A stretch of DNA of 64,000 bases, from sequence record SRR22947725_485, one strand, 5' to 3'. Shown here in pieces: positions 51,059 through 60,366 of the stretch; position 1 is the stretch's first letter; each line of letters opens with the position of its first letter. The notes beneath the pieces were generated by a model that saw only the letters and a list, made by a program, of their open reading frames with translations, was not told the origin of the DNA and ran no database searches. A program made the position numbers and the translations under genes.

Positions 51059-52105
51059 CTGAATACTATTTATTTCCTTCTCATTTTTATTGCAGTCCTT
51101 GCTTTCTACTTCATTAATAGAAGACCATCACAACAACCAAGTGATATTGAAGTATATAATCAGGCCTTAAAGGCAATTATTGATAATAATCATAAGAAAG
51201 CATATAAAATCTTAAAAGGTATTATAGCTAAAGACTCAAACAATACTGAGGCATATCTACTTTTAGGAAATCTTCTAAGAGATCGAGATATTGATCAGGC
51301 TACTAAGATTCATCAAACTATTATTGTTAGACCAAAGTTATCGAATGATCTAAAAATTCAGATTCATCAAGCCTTAGGTTTAGATTACTTAGACCTTGGA
51401 AATACTGTTAGAGCAGAAGATGAGTTTAAGAAGATGTTAGAAATAGATGCAAAAAATAAATGGTCCTTAGGAATGTTAAAAAACATTGCCACTGATAATA
51501 GGTCATGGAATGACGCTCTTGAATATGAAAAAAAACTAATAAAGTACTACCCTGAGATAAAAAAGAGAGATGAATCGAAGCTAAATTACTTTGTTGCTAT
51601 GGACTATAAAGATAAAAATAATGAAAAAAATTATCTGTACTATTTAAATAAAAGTATCAAAGGAGATTATGTGTATAGTGAGTCTTATTTAGAGCTATCC
51701 TCGCACCATATCGATAATACAGATTTAGCAATGGAGTATCTTATTCAATTCTCTAAAGCTAACCCAAGCGGAAGTGTTACAGCTTTTAAAAAAATTGAAC
51801 ATATTTTATTTGATGAGAAAAGATTTGATGATGTAGAGAGTTTATATATAAAAATTTTAGATCAAGATTTCAATAGTTATGCCTTTAATCGATTAATAGA
51901 TATTTATCTTGAGAAAAATGAAAAAGATGAAGCTTCAGAATTGATCGAAAAATTTATGCCAAGATTTGACTACCACTCAAAAAGTTCTAATAAGTCATAT
52001 GTAATACGATTAAACCGCATGAAAATAGATTCAGATAGCTTTGATATAAGAAAAGCTTTATCAAGCTTTTGTAATGATATAATTGAGAATGAAAATATTA
52101 ACTAA
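51059..52105 (+). CDS. lapB: LapB (YciM)-like TPR protein, probable CTG start
   Basis: Frame open from CTG 51059 with AAGGAG 8 nt upstream; TM anchor then EAYLLLGNLLR...ATKIHQ...ALGLDY motifs; the ORF track starts late, at 51434. Confidence 0.75.
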   Translation: MNTIYFLLIFIAVLAFYFINRRPSQQPSDIEVYNQALKAIIDNNHKKAYKILKGIIAKDSNNTEAYLLLGNLLRDRDIDQATKIHQTIIVRPKLSNDLKIQIHQALGLDYLDLGNTVRAEDEFKKMLEIDAKNKWSLGMLKNIATDNRSWNDALEYEKKLIKYYPEIKKRDESKLNYFVAMDYKDKNNEKNYLYYLNKSIKGDYVYSESYLELSSHHIDNTDLAMEYLIQFSKANPSGSVTAFKKIEHILFDEKRFDDVESLYIKILDQDFNSYAFNRLIDIYLEKNEKDEASELIEKFMPRFDYHSKSSNKSYVIRLNRMKIDSDSFDIRKALSSFCNDIIENENIN

Positions 52106-52733
52106 AAAGATTTTTATATTAGTTTGTTTTATAAACATATTATTTAGTCAAACAACGGATTCAGCAGTTCTGTATCAAGAAGCTATCAATACTATCGATG
52201 CAGATAAAGCTTCTGAAATTTATGACAAAATTATTCAATCAAATAGCAAGTCCGATTATTACTGGTTATCAGTATTGAAGAAAGCGGAGCTCAATTATGC
52301 TATAGGTTCATATATCTCTGCTTCAGCTTTATTTAGAGAGTTTAATCTCGATGCACCGGGATATTTAGTAACGGAGGATACAAGGGATTTATTTTTTAAA
52401 TCTCTAACAGCTGCTGGTCAAATAGACTCTTTAAGGATCTATCAAAAAAAGTTGAATAGATCAGTATCTTCAAAAAAATCAAAAACTATCACAAATAAAA
52501 ATAAAGTATGGTTTATACAGTTCGGTGCTTATAGCAAAAAGGACAGCGCAGAAATTTTGAAAGAATCTTTAATGGAAGATGGCTTAAGAGATATTCAAGT
52601 AAGTCAGGTAATGAATAGAGGAAAAATGATTTATTACGTCAGAAGCGGTAATATTAAATCGTATAACTCTATTAAAAAGCATGCTGAGAAGCTAAAAAAG
52701 AAGGATATTGATTTTATTATATCTGGACACTAA
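52089..52733 (+). CDS. Secreted helical-repeat plus SPOR domain protein
   Basis: Signal peptide; WFIQFGAYS...YYVRSG SPOR pattern. Confidence 0.7.
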   Translation: MKILTKKIFILVCFINILFSQTTDSAVLYQEAINTIDADKASEIYDKIIQSNSKSDYYWLSVLKKAELNYAIGSYISASALFREFNLDAPGYLVTEDTRDLFFKSLTAAGQIDSLRIYQKKLNRSVSSKKSKTITNKNKVWFIQFGAYSKKDSAEILKESLMEDGLRDIQVSQVMNRGKMIYYVRSGNIKSYNSIKKHAEKLKKKDIDFIISGH

Positions 52734-52737
52734 TAGT

Positions 52738-54579
52738 TTATTTTTTTGCTACTCGATATAATCCAACAATAATAACTGATATTAGAGCTAATGCTACGAT
52801 GTCATTATAAGGAGCTGGTAAGGCATACTCAGGCCAGAAATTTTTATCATAGAATAATGGTATCGCAATAAATATAGCCATCAATGCTTCTCCTGTAATT
52901 AAACCTGAAGCTAGCAATAAGCCATTATTTTTTCCTGTTTCAGAAGCAGTTTTTCCAGCAAAATGATTAAGCATTCCACCAACAAAAATTGGAAGAGTTA
53001 ATTCAATAGGAAGATAAATACCAATCGCTACTGCTAGTATAGGAACTCTAAATTCTGCCCCCCTTTTTAATTGATACTGATCGAGCATAATGATTAATAC
53101 ACCCAATACTGCTCCAGCATAAATCATGCCCCATTCTAGATTACCGGAGAATACACCATTTGCTACACTAGTCATCAATACTGCTTGAGGTGCAGGTAAG
53201 TCTGAGCTTCCTATACCATAAGCTTCATGTAGAAGCGTTAAGACAATTCCTAATGTTAGAGCTGAACTAACAACACCAACTAACTGCATTACTTGTTGTT
53301 TCCATGGTGTAGCTCCAACAATATTACCGGTTTTAAGATCTTGTAAGTTATCACCACCAATTGCAGCAGCGCAACATACTACAGCGCCAATTAAAATAGC
53401 AGCAGCAGCTCCTTTAGAAGAATCAATATCAAAGAAAGTAATAATTAGCAATGAGCTAAAAAGTATTGTAGCAATTGTTACACCAGATATAGGGTTATTT
53501 GAAGATCCAACTACTCCTGCCATATAAGCTGCAACAGCAGAAAATAAAAATCCAAATATACACATAATAATAGATAGTGTTATTGCTGAAGTCCAAGATG
53601 AAATAATATCAAAGTATGTAAATGATATTGGAATTAGCATTAACAAAATAGCCATAAAGACATAGTTAACAGGTAAATCTCTTTCTTCCAGTGGAATATC
53701 ATCGCCACTTTCTCCCAATGTTTTTAAGCTCAATTGTATACTTTCAACAAGAGGTTTTGCCAATTGGATAACAGACCAGATTCCACCAACTACCATTGCA
53801 CCAACACCTAAATAACGTATTTTTGCATTCCAAATAATATTTGCTCCCTCAAACAATGATTCTCCTTCAAAGCCATATAAATAAGAATAAATAGGTATCG
53901 CTACTGCCCATGAAATTAATCCACCAGAAAATGCTAGTATTCCAATATTTCGACCAACGATATACCCTACACTAATAAGAGAAGGAGAAAGACTTGCTCC
54001 CATTCCAAAAATAGCGCCTCTAATAGCTATTGCTCCACCTACAGCACTAGACCAAATTCCAAATGCCAATTCTCCAAGCTTAACAATACCCCCCATAAGA
54101 GCTGAAAAACCAATTAATTTTAAGCTTTCACTCGATTTTTTAGCATCTGATTCATGCCCAGTTTTTAATACTGCGGCCGTTGCAACCCCTTCAGGAAAAC
54201 GTAAATTTGCTTTTAAAATTAATGCACGTCTCAATGGTACAGTGAAGAGTGCGCCTAGAACTCCACCAGCCATTGCAATTTTTGTGACTTCCCAGTAATC
54301 AATTGTATCCCAATAGCCAATTAATAATAAGGCAGGAATCGTAAAAATTACCCCAGCTGCTAGTGATTCTCCAGCTGATGCAGCGGTTTGTACAATGTTA
54401 TTTTCAAGAATATTTGACTCACGAAATAATTTTAAGATTCCCATTGACATAATTGCAGCAGGAATAGAAGCAGAAATTGTCATTCCAGCATATAGTCCCA
54501 AATAAGCCATAGCAGACGAGAGAACGATAGATAAGATTATACTGAGAAAAAATGCTTTTATTGTAATTTCTTGTTTCAT
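52738..54579 (-). CDS. OPT family oligopeptide/metal-chelate transporter
   Basis: ENNIVQTAASAGES, FPEG.A, SNNPISG, QDLKTG..GATPWKQQ; ATG 54579. Confidence 0.92.
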   Translation of the reverse strand: MKQEITIKAFFLSIILSIVLSSAMAYLGLYAGMTISASIPAAIMSMGILKLFRESNILENNIVQTAASAGESLAAGVIFTIPALLLIGYWDTIDYWEVTKIAMAGGVLGALFTVPLRRALILKANLRFPEGVATAAVLKTGHESDAKKSSESLKLIGFSALMGGIVKLGELAFGIWSSAVGGAIAIRGAIFGMGASLSPSLISVGYIVGRNIGILAFSGGLISWAVAIPIYSYLYGFEGESLFEGANIIWNAKIRYLGVGAMVVGGIWSVIQLAKPLVESIQLSLKTLGESGDDIPLEERDLPVNYVFMAILLMLIPISFTYFDIISSWTSAITLSIIMCIFGFLFSAVAAYMAGVVGSSNNPISGVTIATILFSSLLIITFFDIDSSKGAAAAILIGAVVCCAAAIGGDNLQDLKTGNIVGATPWKQQVMQLVGVVSSALTLGIVLTLLHEAYGIGSSDLPAPQAVLMTSVANGVFSGNLEWGMIYAGAVLGVLIIMLDQYQLKRGAEFRVPILAVAIGIYLPIELTLPIFVGGMLNHFAGKTASETGKNNGLLLASGLITGEALMAIFIAIPLFYDKNFWPEYALPAPYNDIVALALISVIIVGLYRVAKK

Positions 54580-54586
54580 AGATTCC

Positions 54587-54615
54587 AACTTACAAATTTT
54601 TTAAGAGGGGTGCAA
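54587..54615 (-). promoter_or_regulatory. Putative sigma70 promoter for OPT gene (TTGCAC-17-TAAGTT), likely leaderless
   Basis: On the minus strand the -10 ends 7 nt before ATG 54579. Confidence 0.55.
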
Positions 54616-54676
54616 TTGCTGAGAAAATACCCTATAACTTGACCTAGATAATGCTAGCGGAAGGACAATATAAAAA

Positions 54677-54973
54677 ATGCTGAATAAATACATTTCATAT
54701 ATATTAACAATTGGAATATTCTTCATGAATATTCATGTGCATAGTCATGATTTAAACTCATTGGGTCATGATTTACGTGAACATTCTACTAAATCTGTAA
54801 ACACCGACACATATGAATGTGATATATGTAATCTAAGTGTTAATAGTCTTATTGTAGACAATGCTTCCATTGCTATAAATAGCTTCTCTTTTAATTCGAC
54901 TTTATTTGAGAACAAATCGTATTTATTTAATAATATCTATAGTATTTCGAACAAGTCTCCACCTCAAGCTTAA
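54677..54973 (+). CDS. DUF2946/CruR/CutF-like upstream ORF (TM, HxHxH, CxxC, C-terminal KSPP)
   Basis: Hydrophobic N-terminus, HVHSH, CDIC, ends NKSPPQA; directly upstream of a TonB-dependent receptor. Confidence 0.7.
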   Translation: MLNKYISYILTIGIFFMNIHVHSHDLNSLGHDLREHSTKSVNTDTYECDICNLSVNSLIVDNASIAINSFSFNSTLFENKSYLFNNIYSISNKSPPQA

Positions 54974-55000
54974 ATTACTAAGTAAAATATTCAATTGATC

Positions 55001-55019
55001 GATACCTCGAAAGGGTATC
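55001..55019 (+). promoter_or_regulatory. Small GAAA-loop hairpin between uORF and receptor RBS
   Basis: GATACC-TCGAAAG-GGTATC; AAGGAG RBS about 20 nt downstream. Confidence 0.5.
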
Positions 55020-55051
55020 AAATTTATTAAATTCATTTTAAGGAGAAAAAA

Positions 55052-57607
55052 ATGAAAAATACTATATTAACATTACTATTTATCGGCATGACTTTTGCTC
55101 AGTCAACAATTACTGGGTTAGTCGTTGATAAAAAAACAGGTCTTCCTCTAAAGGATGCAAATGTATCTGTTCTTGATGATAGTGGAACAAGCATTGCTGG
55201 AACCAGTACAGATGACAATGGAAAATTTGTCCTAAGTGTTAGCAGTAATGGAACAGTTGAAGTATCTGTTATTGGATACAAAAATGCAACTGCTGATGGA
55301 CTATTAAATCAGTCCATGATGTTTAAGCTTGTCAAAGAGGCTTTATCTTTTGATGAAGTAAAAGTTTACTCATCACTTCGTAAGGTCAATGAAGGTGATT
55401 TGGCTAGTTCAGCAATGATTTTCAATGATGAGCTTGAAGTTAGAAAAGGACAACACTTTTCAGACTTGATTCAACAAGTTCCAAATTTGAACTATGCAGG
55501 TGGAACATCTAGACCAAGATATTTCCAAATAAGAGGAGAGGGCAACGTAAGTCGATATGCTGACCAAGGACCTCCAAGTACTTATGTTGGATTAGTCCTG
55601 GATGGAATGGACTTATCAGAATTAGGTATGATTACACCTCTTTTTGATATGCAGCAAGTAGAAGTACTAATGGGTGTCCAAACTAGTTTATTTGGTGCAT
55701 CAGCATCTTCTGGTTTGATTAATTTTAAAACCCAAGATCCAACAGACAAAAAAGAAGGATATGTTTTGAGCCAGTTTGGTTCATACAATACCTACACAAA
55801 TGGACTTGTTTATAATCTACCTCTTGATAATGGTTGGAAATTAAGATTAGTTGGTCATTCTAATGTATCAGATGGATATAAAGATAATATTGCTTCAGGC
55901 ATAGATTATGCATCTGCAAATAGAGATGAAACCTCATTTAGAGCAAAGCTTCTAAAAGATGAAAATAATCTTACTCAAAAATATACAATTATCTCTTCTG
56001 ATTTTGATAATGGATATGATAATTGGGCTCCAGACAATAATACTGATAATATTACTTATTCAGATAATCCAGGAAAAGACAGTCAAAAATCGCAGATTTT
56101 TATAGCAGACTACACCTATGATGTAGGTGAAGGTTTCATTGACTTAAATATTGGTATGTCTAATAATGAAACATTACACAGCTATGATTCTGATTGGGGA
56201 AATTATGACTTCTGGTTGGATTATGAAGATCATGATGACCATGATGGTGATGATGATCACGGAGATGATCACGGAGATGACGATCATGATGATGACCATG
56301 GAGATGATCATGATGACGATCATCATGACGAGGAACATGTTGAATTTGATGCAAGGACTTACGACTTCTTTGATTCTTTTGATAGAGATATCGATACAAG
56401 AACTGTTGATTTTAGATTGAGATCAAATTCTGCCAATGATAATAGATTTGACTATGTGATTGGAATGTATCATTCAAGCTATGAAGAAAAAACTGATGGC
56501 GCAGGATATATTTTTGGAGGTTCTGCAACAGATTTAGCTTCTGGCTATGATATCACTTCAAAGTCTGTTTATGGTGAATTAGCAGTTAATTTTGATAACA
56601 ATTCAACACTATCTTTTGGATTTAGATCAGAAAAGAGAGATATGTTATATGACGATTTCAATAATAGAAGCGCAAGCTTTGAAATTGATGGCGATTTCGA
56701 TAATTCATTTAAAGTTTCATATGAATTACATCCAGCTCAAAATCTTCATTGGTTTACTTATTATGCTAGAGGATATCATCCTGCAGGTATAAATCAGAAT
56801 CCTTATTTAGAGGGAGATGAAAAAACATATGATGCAGAAATTTATCATGATGTTACTACTGGAGTAAGATGGTATACAGATAATATGAAGTTATCTACTT
56901 CTTTGTTTTACTTAGAGCATGATGGTCATATTTATGAAACAAGTGAACAGTTAGATCCAATGAATCCTAATGCATTTGCTTTCTTTAAGAAGAATGCTGA
57001 TTCAGGCTATGAATATGGTTCTGAAACAATGGGTGAGTTTAGAATAACTGATAAATTTACTATTAACGCTACTTTAGGATTATTGAGTTCTGAAGTTGAG
57101 TTGGGTGGTCATGATGAACATGGCGATGAACATGGCGATGATGACCATGATGAAGATCACGGCGATGATGACCATGATGAGGACCACGGAGATGATGATC
57201 ATGATGATCACGGAGATGACGGTCATGACGATCACGGAGATGAGGATGATCATGCAGGACATGCGCACGGTAAAAAAGCACATTCACCAAACTGGAATTA
57301 CAGCTTATCATTTAACTATGATTTCACTGTAAACAATTCCTTGATGGTTGAAATTTCAGGAAAAGATAGTTTTGTATTTGATTCTGCGCATGATGAATTT
57401 GAATCAGAGCCATATCACTTATTGAATGCATATTACACTCATTCAATCAATCAATTTGATTTAGGATTCTACGCAAAGAATATCCTAGATGAAAGTTACG
57501 CAGATAGAGGATTCATTTTTGCTTTAGAACCTCCATTTGAAGAGAAGCTATACAAATCTTTTGGACCTCCAAGAGAAATTGGAATGTCATTAACATATAG
57601 TTTCTAA
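55052..57607 (+). CDS. TonB-dependent receptor with N-terminal carboxypeptidase-regulatory-like domain and His/Asp-rich inserts (probable metal uptake)
   Basis: Signal peptide, ITGLVVDKKTG.PL..ANV, plug motifs (FQIRG, QVEVL.G...LFG), NILDESY, terminal Phe. Confidence 0.9.
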   Translation: MKNTILTLLFIGMTFAQSTITGLVVDKKTGLPLKDANVSVLDDSGTSIAGTSTDDNGKFVLSVSSNGTVEVSVIGYKNATADGLLNQSMMFKLVKEALSFDEVKVYSSLRKVNEGDLASSAMIFNDELEVRKGQHFSDLIQQVPNLNYAGGTSRPRYFQIRGEGNVSRYADQGPPSTYVGLVLDGMDLSELGMITPLFDMQQVEVLMGVQTSLFGASASSGLINFKTQDPTDKKEGYVLSQFGSYNTYTNGLVYNLPLDNGWKLRLVGHSNVSDGYKDNIASGIDYASANRDETSFRAKLLKDENNLTQKYTIISSDFDNGYDNWAPDNNTDNITYSDNPGKDSQKSQIFIADYTYDVGEGFIDLNIGMSNNETLHSYDSDWGNYDFWLDYEDHDDHDGDDDHGDDHGDDDHDDDHGDDHDDDHHDEEHVEFDARTYDFFDSFDRDIDTRTVDFRLRSNSANDNRFDYVIGMYHSSYEEKTDGAGYIFGGSATDLASGYDITSKSVYGELAVNFDNNSTLSFGFRSEKRDMLYDDFNNRSASFEIDGDFDNSFKVSYELHPAQNLHWFTYYARGYHPAGINQNPYLEGDEKTYDAEIYHDVTTGVRWYTDNMKLSTSLFYLEHDGHIYETSEQLDPMNPNAFAFFKKNADSGYEYGSETMGEFRITDKFTINATLGLLSSEVELGGHDEHGDEHGDDDHDEDHGDDDHDEDHGDDDHDDHGDDGHDDHGDEDDHAGHAHGKKAHSPNWNYSLSFNYDFTVNNSLMVEISGKDSFVFDSAHDEFESEPYHLLNAYYTHSINQFDLGFYAKNILDESYADRGFIFALEPPFEEKLYKSFGPPREIGMSLTYSF
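56225..56338 (+). repeat. His/Asp-rich low-complexity coding repeat 1 (38 aa, 10 His)
   Basis: EDHDDHDGDDDHGDDHGDDDHDDDHGDDHDDDHHDEEH. Confidence 0.95.
57110..57268 (+). repeat. His/Asp-rich low-complexity coding repeat 2 (53 aa, 14 His)
   Basis: HDEHGDEHGDDDHDEDHGDDDH...DDHAGHAH. Confidence 0.95.
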
Positions 57608-57617
57608 CGTCTTATTT

Positions 57618-57655
57618 TCATAATTTAGCGGGTTATAATACCCGCTAAATTATGA
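57618..57655. terminator. 16-bp perfect inverted repeat after the receptor gene, overlapping the polA start codon
   Basis: TCATAATTTAGCGGGT-TATAAT-ACCCGCTAAATTATGA; terminator role uncertain. Confidence 0.6.
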
Positions 57656-60366
57656 GTTCTAAACAACAAAAAAGATTATTCATTATTGATGGCTATGCCA
57701 CTTTATACAGAGCGCACTATGCTCTGATCAGAAATCCACTAACAAATACTGCTGGTACACCGACTAGTGCTGTTTTTGGATTTGCCAATCAAGTATTTCA
57801 ATTAATTGAAGATGAAAAGCCAGATTATCTTGTCGCAGCTTTTGATTCTAAAGGTAAAAACTTTAGACATGAACTTTACACAGACTATAAGGCAAATCGA
57901 TCTGAAATGCCTGATGAAATACAAACACAACTTCCATATTTATGGGAACTTCTGGAGGCAATGAATATCCCAATGTTAAGAGTGGGTGGAGTAGAGGCGG
58001 ATGATATTATTGGAACGGTTGCAAAAATGTGTGATAAAGAAAATCTCCAGTGCAATATTGTAAGTGGTGACAAAGATTTTATGCAACTAATTAATGATAA
58101 AACATTCCTATATGCTCCTCAAGCAAGAAAGCGCGCAAAAGAAATTTTTGATAAGAAAAAAGTGTTAGAAAAGTGGGGAGTTGGTCCTGAGCACATCATT
58201 GATTTATTAGGTTTGATGGGAGATAGTTCAGATAATGTTCCTGGCGTTCAAGGAGTAGGCCCCAAAACAGCAAAAAAGTTAATACAAGACTTTGGATCTA
58301 TTGAAAATATTTATGAAGAGATCGATAATATTAGCAATGAAAAAATGAGAGAAAAACTATTAAATAGTAAAGACAATGCTTTGCTAAGTAAGCAATTAGT
58401 AACCATTCTAACAGATGTAAAAATTGATGCTACTATCAATGATTTTGAGAAAAAAGAAATGGATTCTAGTAAACTGGAAGATATTTTTAAAGAATTAGAA
58501 TTCTCAGGATTGCTCAAAAAAATTGGTTCAAATGAATCAATAAATATTGAGTCCGTAAAACGAGAAAAAAGTTATAGTAATCTTATAACCATAGATCAAT
58601 TGACATCCTTTGTTAGCTCAGTAAAAGAAAACGAATGGCTATCTGTTGATCTTGAAACTACATCAATTAATCCCATGGTTGCAGAAATTGTAGGATTTAG
58701 TTTTTCTATGAAAAAAGATACAGGAGTATATGTTCCAATACGCTTCAAAGATAAGAAAGATAATTTATTTGGCGATGATGACCTTCAGACCGCTATTGAC
58801 ATCCTAAAACCTATATTGGAGAACCCAGATATCCCTAAGACAGGTCAAAATATTAAATATGATGCACTAATAATGAAGCGATATGGTATCAATCTAGATG
58901 GGATTGCTTTTGATACTATGATTGCTGCACACTTGATTAGCCCAAATGCTAGGTCATATAAGTTAGATAATCTTTCTATATCTCATTTAAACTATAAGAT
59001 GGTTCCTATAAAAGATTTAATTGGATCAGGTAAAAATCAGATAACAATGGACCAAGTTACCTTAGAAGATATATCCTTTTATGCCGCTGAAGACGCCGAT
59101 GTCGTTATAGAATTAACTGAAATTTTTCTCAAAGAATTAAAAACTCAAAAATTATATAATTATTTCATGGCAATTGAAATTGATTTGCTACCCGTTTTAA
59201 TCGATATGCAGTTTAATGGAATTTTCGTTGATAAAGACTACCTTGCAATACGTTCCGATGAAATTGGTATAAAAATTGATGCCCTTCATAATGAAATTAC
59301 AAAATTAGCGGACCAAGATTTTAATGTGAATTCTTCTCAACAACTTGCTCAGATACTGTTTGATAAATTAGAATTACCCATGATTAAAAAACGATCTACA
59401 GCAGAGGCTGTTTTATCAGAACTTAAACATAAGCATGAGCTTCCAAAATTAGTTTTGGAGTATAGAAAATTATTTAAATTAAAAAATACGTATCTTGACC
59501 CAATACCCACTAACATTAATTCAATATCTAATCGAGTACACTCTTCATTTAATCAAACTATGACGGCTACTGGTAGACTTTCTTCAAGTAGTCCAAATTT
59601 TCAGAATATTCCTATAAGGACAGAAGATGGAAAAGATGTGAGGAAAGCTATTAGAGCTCAATCCTCAGATTACCAAATTTTTTCTGCAGACTATTCCCAA
59701 GTTGAATTGCGAGTTATGGCACATTTGAGTCAAGATGAAGCACTCATTCAGGCTTTAAACAACGGAGAAGATATTCATACATTTACAGCAAAGAATATTT
59801 TTAGTATAGATAAGGATGAAGATGTATTGCCTGAGATGCGACGTACTGCCAAAATAGTAAATTTTGGAATTATGTATGGCGCAGGTCCATTTCGACTAAG
59901 TCAGGAGCTAGATGTTCCATTTGGAGAAGCTAAGAAAATAAAAGATGCTTACTTTAATAAATATAAAGGCATAGAGGATTATATCGCAAAATCTAAAGTA
60001 CTCATTAAGTCAGAGAAGTCTGTACAAACACTTTTAGGAAGAAAGAGAGCTGTCTGGGATTCAGATAGTCAAAATAAGATTAGAAGAGACGCTGCAGAGC
60101 GAATGGCTATTAATATGCCTATTCAAGGAACGGCAGCTGAAATGATTAAGATTGCAATGATTAAAATATATAAAGATTTGAAAGATAATAATTTAAAATC
60201 AAAATTGATTTTACAAGTTCATGATGAATTGCTTTTAGAGGTTCATAAAGATGAAGTAGATTATATATCAGAAATGGTATTAAAAAATATGAAAAATGCA
60301 ATTGAGTTAGATGTCCCAATTGAAATTGATTGTGGCTTTGGTCCATCTTGGTATGAGGCGCATTAA
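57652..60366 (+). CDS. polA: DNA polymerase I
   Basis: 5'-3' exonuclease (EADD, GDSSDNVPGV), 3'-5' exonuclease DLET, ADYSQVELR, LQVHDEL. Confidence 0.97.
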   Translation: MSSKQQKRLFIIDGYATLYRAHYALIRNPLTNTAGTPTSAVFGFANQVFQLIEDEKPDYLVAAFDSKGKNFRHELYTDYKANRSEMPDEIQTQLPYLWELLEAMNIPMLRVGGVEADDIIGTVAKMCDKENLQCNIVSGDKDFMQLINDKTFLYAPQARKRAKEIFDKKKVLEKWGVGPEHIIDLLGLMGDSSDNVPGVQGVGPKTAKKLIQDFGSIENIYEEIDNISNEKMREKLLNSKDNALLSKQLVTILTDVKIDATINDFEKKEMDSSKLEDIFKELEFSGLLKKIGSNESINIESVKREKSYSNLITIDQLTSFVSSVKENEWLSVDLETTSINPMVAEIVGFSFSMKKDTGVYVPIRFKDKKDNLFGDDDLQTAIDILKPILENPDIPKTGQNIKYDALIMKRYGINLDGIAFDTMIAAHLISPNARSYKLDNLSISHLNYKMVPIKDLIGSGKNQITMDQVTLEDISFYAAEDADVVIELTEIFLKELKTQKLYNYFMAIEIDLLPVLIDMQFNGIFVDKDYLAIRSDEIGIKIDALHNEITKLADQDFNVNSSQQLAQILFDKLELPMIKKRSTAEAVLSELKHKHELPKLVLEYRKLFKLKNTYLDPIPTNINSISNRVHSSFNQTMTATGRLSSSSPNFQNIPIRTEDGKDVRKAIRAQSSDYQIFSADYSQVELRVMAHLSQDEALIQALNNGEDIHTFTAKNIFSIDKDEDVLPEMRRTAKIVNFGIMYGAGPFRLSQELDVPFGEAKKIKDAYFNKYKGIEDYIAKSKVLIKSEKSVQTLLGRKRAVWDSDSQNKIRRDAAERMAINMPIQGTAAEMIKIAMIKIYKDLKDNNLKSKLILQVHDELLLEVHKDEVDYISEMVLKNMKNAIELDVPIEIDCGFGPSWYEAH

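Noticed and set aside
51054-51433. Apparent 380-bp intergenic region (possible ncRNA or pseudogene)
   Set aside because: It is an uninterrupted in-frame N-terminal part of lapB
56225-57268. Repeats as a possible CRISPR array
   Set aside because: Degenerate codon-level repeats in frame within a CDS; no unique spacers and no cas genes
56151-57332. Met-rich and His/Arg-rich ORFs in alternative frames (56151, 56160, 57069, 57080, 57096)
   Set aside because: Shadows of the GAT/CAT-rich His/Asp repeats inside the receptor gene; no independent evidence
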